Positions 38,520-52,126 of a DNA stretch of 64,000 nt are shown in pieces; positions within the stretch are counted from its first letter, which is position 1, and each line of letters opens with the position of its first letter. Position numbers and translations under genes: made by a program. Origin of the DNA: Octopus sinensis (lineage: Eukaryota); NCBI RefSeq assembly GCF_006345805.1, contig NC_043013.1, positions 46,624,001 to 46,688,000 of the forward strand, in the 5' to 3' direction. The notes beneath the pieces were generated by a model, which was given only the letters and a program-made list of their open reading frames with translations, was not told where the DNA came from and did no database searches.

Positions 38520-38830
38520 ATATAATGGTTGTATACTGTCAATCTAACAAGAACGTGACAGTAGGGGGTACACCACCGTTATATAGCCCTAGGAGGCATC
38601 GAACGCCTCCTGACAGCTTCGACACATTTTATCCTGTGTCCTTATATACACATACGAAGGACACAGGATAAAATGTGTCGAAGCTGTCAGGAGGCGTTCG
38701 ATGCCTCCTAGGGCTATATAACGGTGGTGCACCCCCTACTGTCACGTTCTTGTTAGATTGACAGTATACAACCATTATATCGCTCCATCACCGTACACCT
38801 CTCTACGAGAGATTTAGAAACTCAATATTT

Positions 38831-38833
<3 letters not shown>
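38520..38833. repeat. 124-bp-arm palindrome plus 53-bp unique extension, inserted in (TA)n
   Basis: Arms 38520-38643 and 38657-38780 are reverse complements with one mismatch; 13-nt loop; (TA)n on both sides. Confidence 0.95.
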
Positions 38834-38917
<84 letters not shown>

Positions 38918-39266
38918 ATTAGGAGGTGTTTTGTTGGGGAAGAGTTGCGTAATAGTACAAAGGATACAATATGTCGGTGGTTACATTGTACAGTCGAAGG
39001 TTTGTCAAAAAGTTGGGATTTCCACTTCTTGAATGTGATCGCAAATATGGTGGATTTATTTTTATTTTTGCTTGGCCCAAATCAGACTTGTTTGATCAAA
39101 CGCTTCCCAGTGAAAGCCACATCTTATTTTTTGTTAATATATAATATATTCAATATACCCTTCTATTTCAAGACGATGATATTTGATTTGAAGGAGATTT
39201 GGTTTCTACTTCTGGTAGGTCGAGCGATTGTATCATCGTGGATCACCCACTAACCCATAATCTTGA

Positions 39267-39360
39267 ATAATTTTCTTTATTAGATCAACCTGTGTTCAAT
39301 ATTGTCGAGTAATTCCGTGTTGGAAGACCTAAACAATCATATGTATGTGGGTATTTGTTT
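39267..39360 (+). repeat. 94-bp direct repeat, second copy at 41808-41901
   Basis: ATAATTTTCTTTATTAGATCAAC..GTATGTGGGTATTTGTTT; two substitutions seen between the copies. Confidence 0.9.
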
Positions 39361-40327
39361 TTGAAGCAAGAGCCTGTGTCTGAAGCAAGAGACTAGCGTT
39401 TGCAAAGGACCCACTTTCTGTGGAAGACAGAATGGGCTTAATAGTTAAGGGGGTTAAATGGATAACACAGTATGATTGACTAGATAAAAGATATGTGTCT
39501 ATAGATAATATAATATGATGTGAAGGCGCATCGCTTACTGCTTATGGTATACATGCATACACATCTGCTTGTATGTAAGTATATGATATTCATGATGTAG
39601 TAGATGATATACGTAATGTATACACGTCTATGTATATATGTGCTTATGGTGTGTGTAGATATTTATGTATGTTTGCAAGTACTTTTTATGCATGTCTATG
39701 CATTTTCCTCTTTAAAACTCATAATTAACGTTTCTTTCTGCGTAACATTCAAAGAATAACGAAACAATGAACAACGTACGAATTTTATAAAACTAATGCC
39801 AAATTTGTGTGGCAGCTTTTAAAATTGGTTCTCACAATATAGAATCAACCCAGTATTTTAGAAAAGCAATATAAATAAATTGGAAGCAAGAATGGTTGGA
39901 TTAAATTATCAAAGAAGTGAAAGAGTTTATCTCCATTTCTTAAAGTCAGTTTTTACCCGATCTATTGTATTGCGTTATATTTTACGATTGCGTCCAAAAT
40001 AATTTTTGAGTATTCTGATTATTTTGTTATCGAAACTTGTCCATTTGAACAGCTTTCTATTGAAACTAAGTACGGTGCTTCAGTTTTTGATATATATGTT
40101 TAAAATTTTTTTTTTTTCAGTATTTTTATCTCATTTTAAAGAATTTACGGATATTTCTCTTCACTTATCAGTTGGATTTTGTTTTTTCGCATCACTCAAT
40201 CTTTAAATAATGGCGAAGGTGAAATTCTATTTACCCTCATAAAGCAAGCTAGCTATATGAATATACACGTACACATACACTTACACACACACACACATAT
40301 ATACATATATGTACTTGTCTCTCTATC

Positions 40328-40384
<57 letters not shown>

Positions 40385-40503
40385 CCACAATGTATGTATG
40401 TATGTATGTATGTATGTATGTATGTATGTATGCATGTATGTATGTATGTATGTGTGTGTGTATATATATTTCTCATCCAACACTGTTTCTCTTTCTATGT
40501 GTT

Positions 40504-40534
<31 letters not shown>

Positions 40535-40744
40535 TTGTGCTTGTGTGTGTTTGATGTGTGTGTCTGTTTATATATTTCTAACCGTTACATCACAAGGTTG
40601 ACAGTGATTTCGAATATTTAGTTTAGTTACTGCCACCAGCTTCTCTGATGAAAGCATCAAAACCGATACTTCGAAGTCACTGCTAAGTATTTTCCTAGTA
40701 AAAGTAGGATAAATATGATATTCTGCTTCAGTTAATATTGTGTA

Positions 40745-42111
40745 TATGTTCCATTCCCGCCCCACATCCACGACACTAACCGTGCTCTCCGATTCTTCAA
40801 CTCTTTCTTCTTCCCTCCTGACCACTCTAAACTTCTCTTCGCTCTTGATGTACAGTGATCCTACACAAGGAAGGGCTTCTTGCACTCAAATACTTCCTAG
40901 TCTTTCGACCTAACCCTCAGCCGGGCACCTCCACACTTCTTCGTCTGGCCGAGCTTGTTCTCTCCCTCAGCTGCTTCACGTTCGCGGGGGATTTTTACCA
41001 ACAGCACTCGGGAGTGGCTATGGGAACGAGAATGGGTCCCAACTATGCGAAACTGTTCGTTGGCTACGTTGCGGTCCAAATATTCTCAAGGTTCACTGGT
41101 CCCACTCCCGAACTATACGATCGTTATATTGATGACTGTATCGGCGTGCCCTCACTCTCCCGCGAACAACTACACTCCTTTCTCTCCTTTGTCCAATCCT
41201 TCCATCCTGCCCTCGAATTCTCCTGCACTATTTCCAACACTTCCGTCGCATCTCTCGACACTTCGGTCAACATACACAGCTCTGCTCTCACTACCTCCAT
41301 CCACTACAAACACACCGACTCACACTCTTCTCTTAACTTCTCCTCCTTTCACTCTATCCACACCAAGCTCTCCATTCCCTGCTCCTGATTCCTCCGTCTG
41401 CGCAGGCTCTGCAGTGACAACCATGACTCAGTCTTAACTCATGGCTCACCACTTCATCTTCGTGGATATCCCCTACCACTATCCACACAATCCTCGCCAG
41501 AACACGTTCTGTGGTCCGTGCTTCTGCTCTCTTTCCCACCACACCCCAGCGATGCCCTTCTCCCGTTTCCCCTCACCTACCACACCTCCACCCTGCTCCT
41601 CCAACGCACCATTCTCGGAGCCTTCCGGTGACTGCAGTCCGACGCCTCCTCTTCGCACATCTTTTCCAACCTACTCCTTTGCTCCTTCAAACGAGCCCAC
41701 AACCTGCGTGATTTTCTGGTTCACAGTTTCTTCACTAACCCCACGTTTCAAGCTGGTTCGTACTGCTGCTCCAGTTTACGCTGCCGCACCTGCCTCTACT
41801 TCTTGGTATAATTTTCTTTATTAGATCAACTTGTGTTCAATATTGTCGAGTAATTCCGTGTTGGAAGACCTAAACACTCATATGTATGTGGGTATTTGTT
41901 TCGTTTAGTTTTTAACTGATCTGTGTCCGATTCATATATAGGGATAAAGTGAAGCAAAAGAGATAGAAAAACAATTGTCAGAGAGTGAGTGCGAGTGTAC
42001 GTGTGTGTGTAGGGGGGGGGGGTAAAGAATAGTTTTAATCAGAGATAGAAGAGACAATATGATATAAAGGAGGAAAGGAGAGAAATGTGAGGAGGAAGAT
42101 AACAAGATATA

Positions 42112-42153
<42 letters not shown>

Positions 42154-42875
42154 TATATATATTATATATATTATATATATAATATATATATATATATAAT
42201 ATATATATGTATATATATGATATATATATAATATATATATATATATACATATAATAATAATATTAGGGAATAAATCCAAACTTACAGGGAAAAATCAGAT
42301 TTAGGATTGAATCCAATTTTATAGTAAAATATTATATTATATTAAATTAGAGACAAAACCACTATTTACTGCATCTCCTGTTCTTTCTGCCCGTCTCTGT
42401 ACATCGATCAAACAGGACACTGCTTGGCTGACCGGTTCGCGGAGCACACCTGAGACATCAGACTCGGTAATGACACCGTGGTCTCGCGCCATTTCCGCTC
42501 TACTGGTCATTCACTACAACACCTGTCTGTGTTCGGATTGTCTTTGCACAGCGGCCACCCGCAATCTCGCCTTCGCCGAAGAACAGGATTTAATCTTTTC
42601 TCTTTGTTCCCCTCCTCCTTTCATCTGAGTCCCATCCTCTCCTCTCTTCATCTTATACCTACTTCCTCTTTCACCCTACCTACCTTCTCTCTTCATTGAT
42701 ACTCCTCTCCATCCACACACCATACCCACACATCTCACTCCCATATACTCCTAGTTAGGAGAAGATGGCCGACGGTCACGTAACTTGTGTTTCTTTCTCT
42801 CCGTTGTAGCCGGAACAAGGATGACGTGTTCATGTCTGTCTCCTGTCGTCCAAGGTTAATTTACGTTTCGTGACG
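40745..42875 (+). mobile_element. 5'-truncated Penelope-like element (RT + GIY-YIG), interrupted at ~41805-42370
   Basis: YQQHSGVAMGTRMGPNYAKLFVGY and YDRYIDDCIG (PLE RT); CSSLRCRTCLYF; YIDQTGHCLADRFAEH..VSRHFRSTGHSLQHLSVFGL (GIY-YIG-like). Confidence 0.88.
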
Positions 42876-42890
42876 TCCTATGCGCACATA

Positions 42891-42929
<39 letters not shown>

Positions 42930-43031
42930 GGAGTAAACACATAAATGTGAAACAAGGTGGAAAAAAGAGTACTCAAATACCAGAGGTAGAGTAATATGCT
43001 TTATTTAAAGCAGCAGAAAATTCAACAAAAC

Positions 43032-43069
43032 CTGTTACTCTGAGTTTCTCGTTGCCGTTCATCGGACAG
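43032..43069 (-). ncRNA. Candidate variant hammerhead ribozyme (CCGAUGA core), copy 1
   Basis: RNA: CUGU-CCGAUGA-ACG[GCAA]CGA-GAAA-CUC-A-GAG-UA-ACAG. Confidence 0.45.
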
Positions 43070-43297
43070 CTACAACGGAGAGAAAGAAACACCAGTTACG
43101 TGACCGTCGGCCATCTTTCTTTCTTCTCCTAACTAGGAGTGAGCATATGGGAGTGAGATGTGCGGGTATGGTGTGTGGATGGAGAGGAGTATCAATGAAG
43201 AGAGAAGGTAGGTAGGGTGAAAGAGGAAGTAGGTATCAGATGAAGAGAGGACAGGATGGGACTCAGATGAAAGGAGGAGGGGAACACAGAGAAAAAA

Positions 43298-43335
43298 CTG
43301 TCCGATGAACGGCAACGGGAAACTCAGAGTAACAG
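43298..43335 (+). ncRNA. Candidate variant hammerhead ribozyme (CCGAUGA core), copy 2
   Basis: RNA: CUGU-CCGAUGA-ACG[GCAA]CGG-GAAA-CUC-A-GAG-UA-ACAG. Confidence 0.45.
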
Positions 43336-43394
43336 GTTTTGTTGAATTTTCTGCTGCTTTAAATAAAGTATATATATATTATAATTATACACAC

Positions 43395-43426
<32 letters not shown>

Positions 43427-43463
43427 GGATAGATGTAAGTATGTACATACACGTATGTATATA

Positions 43464-43501
<38 letters not shown>

Positions 43502-43772
43502 GTTTTCTTCGAAGTATACGTCTCGCTTTTATCCTTCGAAACGTTTAGTAGATGAAACCTTAGCGACTGAAGAAGGGGATTTTTCGTTGTGCTTATTGTC
43601 CTGTATCTCTTTTTTTGCTTGTCTTGTTCCTTGGTTTGTGTCTATGGTTCGTCTCTCTATGTGTTCGACGTCTTTTTGGTTGTCCTGTACACATATATGC
43701 GTGTATATGTACATGTAGAGGTAGGTACGTACATATATGTTTATATATATGCATATGTTCTATTTTATTAAC

Positions 43773-43805
<33 letters not shown>

Positions 43806-43826
43806 AATATATATATTATATATATA

Positions 43827-43868
<42 letters not shown>

Positions 43869-44068
43869 GTGTGTATAATTATAATAAAGTCTTAGAAGAG
43901 ACATTTTCTAACTTTTATTATAATTATACATATAATTTCACCTTAATCGTTCTCTTTTATATGCTGGCCACAGATAAAATTTTAAGAAAAGTTTTATCCT
44001 CTATTATTGTAATATGTATATAAATATTATATATTATATATATATATAATATATATATATATTACAGT

Positions 44069-44114
<46 letters not shown>

Positions 44115-44593
44115 AGAGAATTGAGATTATTATATTAAAACATGATTAAGAACAAACGGAACAGTTACTGATTGGAGGACTCAATACCGAATGTGGAGTG
44201 AAATTTATTATAAAAGTTACATTAACTGAGACTTTAAGCTTCACTTGACAGCTTATTTAAAAATATACGTATGTATATATGTACACCCACCTACACACAC
44301 ACAACATACACACACAACACACACTCACACAACACACACACACATATAGATATCTGTACGACATTGTGCTTTACCGTCAATAATTTCCTGTTCTAAGGCC
44401 TACATTGGTTTTTACTGCAGCAAGTTGATGGTTTGAATGCACAGAGCATTGATCCCTGCTGCATGGTAGTGGACAAGCTGGTGGAGAGTAAGAGAAAGGA
44501 GAGAAAGGAGAGAGTTTACTACTGCAGAGTAGGGAGGGACAGTCGGTGGTAACAGCCAGAAAGAGAGGGAGAGAGAGAGAGGGAGAGAGAGAA

Positions 44594-44627
<34 letters not shown>

Positions 44628-44762
44628 AGAAGGAAAAAGAAAGTGAGAGATAGGGAAAATGTGAATAGACTGGATAGATAGAAAAAAAAAGGAAATAAAG
44701 AGATGAAGAGCAAAAATAATGCTCATAGTGTGCACTCAAACTTACATTTATCTATACATGGG

Positions 44763-44797
<35 letters not shown>

Positions 44798-45003
44798 CAA
44801 ACAGACAGAGACAGCGAGACAGAGAGAGGGAGAGAGAGAGATAAAGAGAGAGAGATAAAGAGAGAGAGATAGATAGATAGAGAGAGAGAGAGAAAGGAGA
44901 GAGAGAGAAAAAAAAAGTGTCTGAGAGGGGAAAATTATGAGGAAGAGAAGAGCGAAGAGAAAACTGAAAAATATAAGATTGATAGATAAATACATGATAT
45001 ACA

Positions 45004-45078
<75 letters not shown>

Positions 45079-45090
45079 TTGTCTGTCTGG

Positions 45091-45152
<62 letters not shown>

Positions 45153-45311
45153 GTGCATCTGTCTATCTATCTATCAATCTATCTATATATCAATATATCT
45201 ATCTATCTATCTATCTATCTATTATCTATGTATCTATTTACATATATATACACGCAATTATACGTATATATATTTCACATATAAACATAGGTATTTGTAT
45301 GTTTATATGTG

Positions 45312-45443
<132 letters not shown>

Positions 45444-45467
45444 GATCAATAGATAGCTAGATACGCA

Positions 45468-45541
<74 letters not shown>

Positions 45542-46341
45542 GCTATCTATATATCTATCTATCTATCTATCTATATATATATATTATATATATATATCTA
45601 TTTGTCTGTCTATCAGTCTGTGTATCTTTCTACCTACTACACACCTATCTAAATTTGTATGTATGAATATGCATTGGGAGTATGTTTGTGCATATATATA
45701 TATATACATGAATAACGGCACGTATGATTGTATGTATGTATGTATGTATGTATGTATGTATGTATGTATATGTATGTATGTAGATAGATAGATTGGCGGG
45801 GTGGGTGAGAAGTGAACATGAAATTCAGAGTGGAAGAGAGCCAGTGAGAGATGTCAATAATAAAAACCCCTAGACTGTGAGTGCATATATAAAAGCCTGG
45901 TAAAGGTTGTGCCTGAAGGTGACGGTATAGGAATCAGGTAAGGAAGCAGATAGGGAGGATATTTAGTGGAGTGGAGTCGGGGTTGGGGTTGGGTGGGGTG
46001 GAGGAGCGGGGGAGCGAGGCTGTGTAGTTTTGCTGATTATTGTGATGCCGACCTTGGTCTGTAATGGTGACTACACAGTCCGTTGCCGTGGAGTTGACGT
46101 GAGAGTGGAGCTGGTGGGAAGCAGGAAGTGAGATGGTTGGATAGGCAGATATGCCTTGAAGATAATGGGCAGCGAAGTAAGACAACATTAGTGTGGACTT
46201 GTACAGAAAAGTGTGTGTACGTGTGTGTGTGTGTGTATGTGTGTGTGTGTATGTGTGTGTGTGTCTGTTTGTGTGTGTGTGTGTGTGTATATTTGTTATT
46301 CATATTACATATATATGCACATACATATAAGTGTATGTATG

Positions 46342-46372
<31 letters not shown>

Positions 46373-47791
46373 TATATGCTCAAACATATATATACACACA
46401 CATATGTATATATATCCATGTATGTATGTATGTATGTATGTATGTTATATATATATATATAATATATATATATATATGTATATGTATGTATGTGTGCATA
46501 TATATATATATATATATAATATATATATATGTCTATAAGTGTAAATACGTATATGTAGACATTTATATGTGTACGTGTGCCTGTGTGTGTATGTGTGTCT
46601 TTCTGTATATATATATATTTATTTATTATACATATTACATATATATGCACATACATATAAGTGTATGTATGTATACATGTATATATATGCACAAACACAC
46701 ACATATATATATACACACATATATGTATATGTATATATATATATGCATATATAAATATATGTATGTATATATATATGTCTATAAGTGTAAATACGTATAT
46801 GTAGATATTTATATGTGTACGTGTGTATGTGTGTGTGAGTGTGTGTGTGTGTGTGTGCATGTATGTATCACTATGTGGAAGTGAACCTGTATATGTATGC
46901 GTTAATGTGATTCTTCTTCGAGTAGTGGTCCAGATTTAATGTTGCATACTAGAAATATTTGGCGTTATTTCTGGATTCGTGTAGTAGGAAGTCTCTCCAC
47001 AACAGTCGTATCTACGTGTGTGTGTGCTGGATAAGGATATATATATATATATATATGTGTGTGTGTCTTTGTGTTCCTGTGTATATATTTATATACAAAG
47101 ATGTATACGCATGTATGCATGCGGAGATACGTTGCTGTGTGTGAGCGTGTATGCGCCCAAGTTTCTCATGAGTAGATACAGTCGTGAATGTATCATACAC
47201 ACACGATTACATGTAAGCTCTCGTGTTCAGAGTGAGCTCATAATGGTCGATGCAAAGGAAGCTGGTTGCAGAATATTGATCGGAAAGTTAACAGCCTCGA
47301 ATGTACTGGCCGTCAATAGCTGGCATTGAGCAGGTCGAAGGTGCAATCATCAATAGTTTCCCCACTGGCATAAAAAGGGTTAGACTGGTATAACAAGGGA
47401 GTGAACAGCATCAAATCACAAGATCTTGCCAGAAGGTCGCAATTCTAATTATGCTTTGTGGACCTTAGGCAACGGTTATAAAGACATACAACATCAGCGC
47501 TGCATAAACGTACGGCTGTAAATTGGGAAAAGAAACCACGCATGCGCATTTGCTTTCGCCAAAGCCTTTGCATTACATGTTTGGAGAAATGTGCGCGCGC
47601 GTATGTGTCTTTATGTGCGTGTATATGTGAGGGGTAGTGGTGAGTGAGAGAGTGTGTGTGTTTGCGTATAAATATGCATATATGTATATATGTATAAATG
47701 TGCACGCGCGTGTGTGGAGAATTTACATTCATATATATGTGTATGCATATATATGTATATAGATGCAGGAGTGTGTCTGTATGTGCATATA

Positions 47792-47850
<59 letters not shown>

Positions 47851-47854
47851 ATAT

Positions 47855-47889
<35 letters not shown>

Positions 47890-49623
47890 GCACGGACACA
47901 TACAGGCACACTCCTGCAAGTATATACATATATATGCATGCGTATATATGAATGTAAATTCTCCACTGGTTGATGTAGGAAATGGATGAGAAACTCAGGC
48001 GAGTGGGGAAAAGGTGGGAAGAAGGAATGAGGAATAAGAGGCCAGGGGAAGGAGAAATTCAGAAAGTATGAAAGAGAAACTAAAGAGATATAGAAAGATA
48101 GATAGAGCCAGCGAGCGAAAGAGAGAAAAAAAAGTGTAAGAAAGAGGGAGATAAAAAGATGGAAAGAGGATAAGAGAGAGGGAGAGGGAAGGAGTGGAAG
48201 AGAGAGGAAGAGAGAGAGACAGACAGAGAAGCGGAGAAATAGAGGGGAAAGAATAAAAGAACAAAAGAGAATACAAAAAAGGGTATTGATCAATGAGAGA
48301 ACTGTTTGAAATATTTGTATCGCTGTTTTGGTTTAGCTGTCCGTTCTATGTTGCTCATTCTTGGAGTTGAGGATACTCTTAAAACTATAGCATTGTACAA
48401 TATTTGCGTCCATAGTTCCTGCCTTCTTTTCTAAAGTTACTGGCAAATATTCGATAGAATAAACAGACTGAAAAGGCATATATTTAACTCCAGTTATTTA
48501 ACAGAATATTGATAACTAGATGTCTCCCTGTGTTAAAATAAAGGATAATTGCATGGAAATAAAAGCGACGAAAGAGAGAGCGAGAGAGATATTTGCTTAA
48601 CAACGCAACTGGAATAAAAGATCAATGAATTCTTGATCTCTATGAGAACGATTCTAACTGATCCGACCATTGAACAGAACAGCAAATAGGTATCTGCGTA
48701 GGTACACATTTCTCTACTTCATTGATACACATTGAAGACGTGTTCAGCTTCTGATATTTTCTACGCAAATATACGAGTATGGAAGTAAGATTCTATCGTC
48801 TAATTCCTGGGCTGCTGTAAAAGGAGATAGAAAGGAAATTAACAAGCATATTCAGTAGAAAACTTCTTTAAAAACCTCTTTAGAAATACAAGACAAATAC
48901 AACGACGAAGCAAAAACTAAATATCTGAACACACAACGTTGTTTAAGACAAATTATAGTATACTGGCCATCACTCCGTCTAATGGTATTTAATTGAATGA
49001 AATACCAATATTTCTTTAAAACTATTGAAGATAGTTATGCTATATAGCTCCATCAATTAGTTTTTAAAAAAACCCAGCACAGGAAGAAAATAAATAACAA
49101 AACAACTTACAAATATACCTCCTTCGCTGCATTTGATGTATTTAAAGTTTAGATTTTGCAAAACTGAACCACATGTATGCAATATAGTTTTTCGCAACCA
49201 AAATAAAGCATAAAATATTACAATAGAAAAAGTATGTATCTGAGAAAAAAAAAAAAGGAAAAGAAAAAGAAAAAGAAAGAAGCCCAGTTAACAATTGTGC
49301 TGTTGATATAGTAAATAGAACATTAGCTTGAATAGAACTGGTACGGCACTGGCATTTTCAATAGAAGAGTTCAATCTAAGAGTCATTTGTTATGGCAAAC
49401 AACCCAAATGTTACATTTCCACTCTCGTAAACATTTAGCCTATAATAAAATAGTAGAAATACAGCAATTATCGGTTGCAGGTTACTCGGGTGTTTCTGAA
49501 TTGATAATAAATTTATCAGGTTACTTTGGTCATACATACATACATCACAGACGCACGCACACACAGACACACGCATGTATACAGATATATGTATGTATAT
49601 ATACATATATATATATTCATATA

Positions 49624-49671
<48 letters not shown>

Positions 49672-49673
49672 TG

Positions 49674-49720
<47 letters not shown>

Positions 49721-49774
49721 TTATATATATATTTATATATATACATATATATATATGTATATTTACACACACAC

Positions 49775-49839
<65 letters not shown>

Positions 49840-50299
49840 TCATATGTATATATGTATATATACATGTGTGTATATATAGCTGTATACATGAACACATACA
49901 TACATGTATCATATACACAAATATATATGCATGCGTGTATATAGATATTTATGTTTGAATTGTATGTGTTGTATAAAGACATGAAATACAGTACATTATT
50001 AATGACTTGCTTAAACTATTAGTCACCCATTTATTTCTCACGCTGTCTACTTTTCTTCACAACACTCCTTAAACAACATTATTTTCACTGATATATTTTG
50101 TATTTAAAGAGAAACTGGGCTGGCACATTCATAAAACGGTAGAACTGCTGTTTTATTGTGCCTTGTGAAGTTCTTTCTCTGTATTATTGATGGGTTGACA
50201 GAATTGGTAGAACGTTCGACAAAATGGTCACGGGAAGATTTGATGTTTTCATTCGTCATCTCAGTTTTTTCTTTTTTTTTCTGATGGCTCACTGAAATG

Positions 50300-50652
50300 T
50301 TAGTTAGTTAGTTAGTTAATTTTTGGCTCAAAAAGCAAAAAGCAAGGCCATGTAGGGGAACATGGAGTTATGTACAGGGTGGTGTTCATGTAAAGAGTTC
50401 AGGCCACTTGTGGTCAAGGGAGACTTTGAACCGAGCGGTCGTCGGCATCTTCACCATCTCGTCCGGCAGCTTATTCCACGGATCCGCAACCCGGACGGAG
50501 AAAGCCCCTCTCCTTCGATTGAGATGAAATCGTCGCAGATAGAGCTTTTCGGAGTGACCCCGCAGCCGACGCTCTGGAGCAGGAGTGAAGAACAGCTCTT
50601 TCGAGAGGTTAAACGTACCATCGAGTACAGCGGTCAGTTTAAACGACCACAA
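50300..50652 (-). mobile_element. CR1-clade LINE 3' end with (CTAA)n tail
   Basis: LRGHSEKLYLRRFHLNRRRGAFSVRVADPWNKLP..FKVSLD (CR1 C-terminal motif); (TTAG)n at ~50301-50318. Confidence 0.85.
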
Positions 50653-51147
50653 GCTTCTTACAAAGATTGTAGCCTTGTACCTATGTTAAATATCAACATT
50701 ATTTACTTTCAAGTTTTCCATGCATGTCCATTGACCCCCAAATTTTCACTCTCTTCTTTTCTACACTTTCTTTCTATCAATCTTTGGCTTGTGCTTCTTC
50801 AAACCTAATTACTCAACATATTAATGCAAAAACCTCGTTGCTGTTTCATAAATAAAAATCCAGCTTTCGTTTTTCTGTAGCAACACAATCTGATATACTA
50901 ATCAAGCAACGGACGCAGCGTTTTTACTCCATATACAGGCAAGTTACATTTGCTTTCGGGTAGAAGAGTTGGAATTAATACAGCAATTTCTATGTACATA
51001 CGTCCATTTCCTCAATTTTACCGAATATCCAGAGAATTGTGGCGTACAACAGGTGTCGATGGCAATCACAGAGTTTCGGGAATTTTTTTCTATAAAATAA
51101 GTCATTTGAACTCACTCAGTCATTTTCTTCATTAATTCACAACAAAT

Positions 51148-51590
51148 GCCATAATATACATCTGGAAGATCCTAAAAGGACTTGTCCCAAACTTTGGCAT
51201 CAAGAGTTACACAAATGATAGAACTGGGCGCCACTGGGTGGTGCCAACGACTCCAAATTTGCCATCAAGATGTAGGACAAGATACTGTGATAGCCTGGTC
51301 TTCAGAGGCCCACAGCTCTTCAATATCTTCCCGAAGAAGCTGAGAGACCTGCATGGGGTGGATGCAGATGTCTTTAAAATAAAACTGGATCTCTTTTTGT
51401 CAGGTGTCCCAGATGAACCAACTTCACGGCAGGAGGTGCAGATGAGGGCAGCTGCATCAAACTCTCTCATGCACCAAATGTCAATTGCTAAAAAAGCATT
51501 CGTGAAGTAAAATCATGTAGCAACACCAAATGGCGGTGCCCCAGCATGGCCACAGCTCGTGAGCTGAAACTAGATAAAATAAAAAAAAAA
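51148..51590 (+). mobile_element. CR1-like LINE 3' end (second family)
   Basis: IIYIWKILKGLVPNFG..RGPQLFNIFP..FKIKLDLFLSGVPDEP; 3' UTR followed by an A-rich end. Confidence 0.8.
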
Positions 51591-51684
51591 TAAATAGTTT
51601 TCTAACTTCCAGATCGCAATTCTGATGCTATCTTGTGCATTTAACAAATGACTGTCTCCTTGGAAAGCAGAGCTTGTAGATATT

Positions 51685-52126
51685 CGTTTCAAATTTTGGC
51701 ACAAGGCCACTATTTTCAGAGGATGGGTTAGCCGATTACATAGACCCCAGTGCTCAACTGGCACTTATTTTATCGATCCCGAAAGGATGAAACGCAAACT
51801 GGATTTTGGCATAATTATCTGAGCTCAGAACGTGAGGACGGACGAAATGCTGCTAAACATTTTGCCCTGCATCCTAATGATTTCAGTAAGTCGCCACCTT
51901 ACTTATACTGATTTCAAATTTTGGCCCAAGGTCAGGAATTTCGGGAGCGGTGGGGCTAAGTCGATTACATCGATCCAAGTACTCAACTAGTAGTTGTTTT
52001 ATCAACTCCGAAAGGATGAAAGGTAGAGTGGACCTCAGCGGAATTTGAACTTAAATCTTAAAGACGGATGAAATGCCGCTAAGCATTTTGCCTTGCGTGC
52101 TAACGACTCTGCCAGCTTGCCGCCTT
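51685..52126 (-). mobile_element. Two tandem type B Nin/Deu-like SINEs inside one TSD
   Basis: Perfect 16-bp AGAGCTTGTAGATATT at 51669-51684 and 52127-52142. Confidence 0.8.

Larger units (their letters stand above)
42929..43368 (-). mobile_element. PLE terminal-repeat (pLTR)-type insertion with inverted 5' segment, in (TA)n
   Basis: 42999-43069 and 43298-43368 are ~70-bp inverted repeats; the interior ~43070-43297 is an inverted copy of ~42597-42808. Confidence 0.8.

Noticed and set aside
40645-40685. CTGATGA followed by a hairpin and CGAAG
   Set aside because: No GAAA in register and no stem I/III support; at best a decayed hammerhead.
43530-43590. CGAAACGT upstream of CTGAAGA in a TA-flanked element (permuted hammerhead?)
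   Set aside because: Stem I and II pairing is too poor in this copy; a family consensus would be needed.
45979-45998. G-quadruplex motif GGGGTTGGGGTTGGGTGGGG
   Set aside because: The motif is real, but common and without supporting context.
48600-48790. Possible exon ending at a GTAAGA donor (~48783)
   Set aside because: A single donor-like hexamer is insufficient; no convincing acceptor or coding signal.
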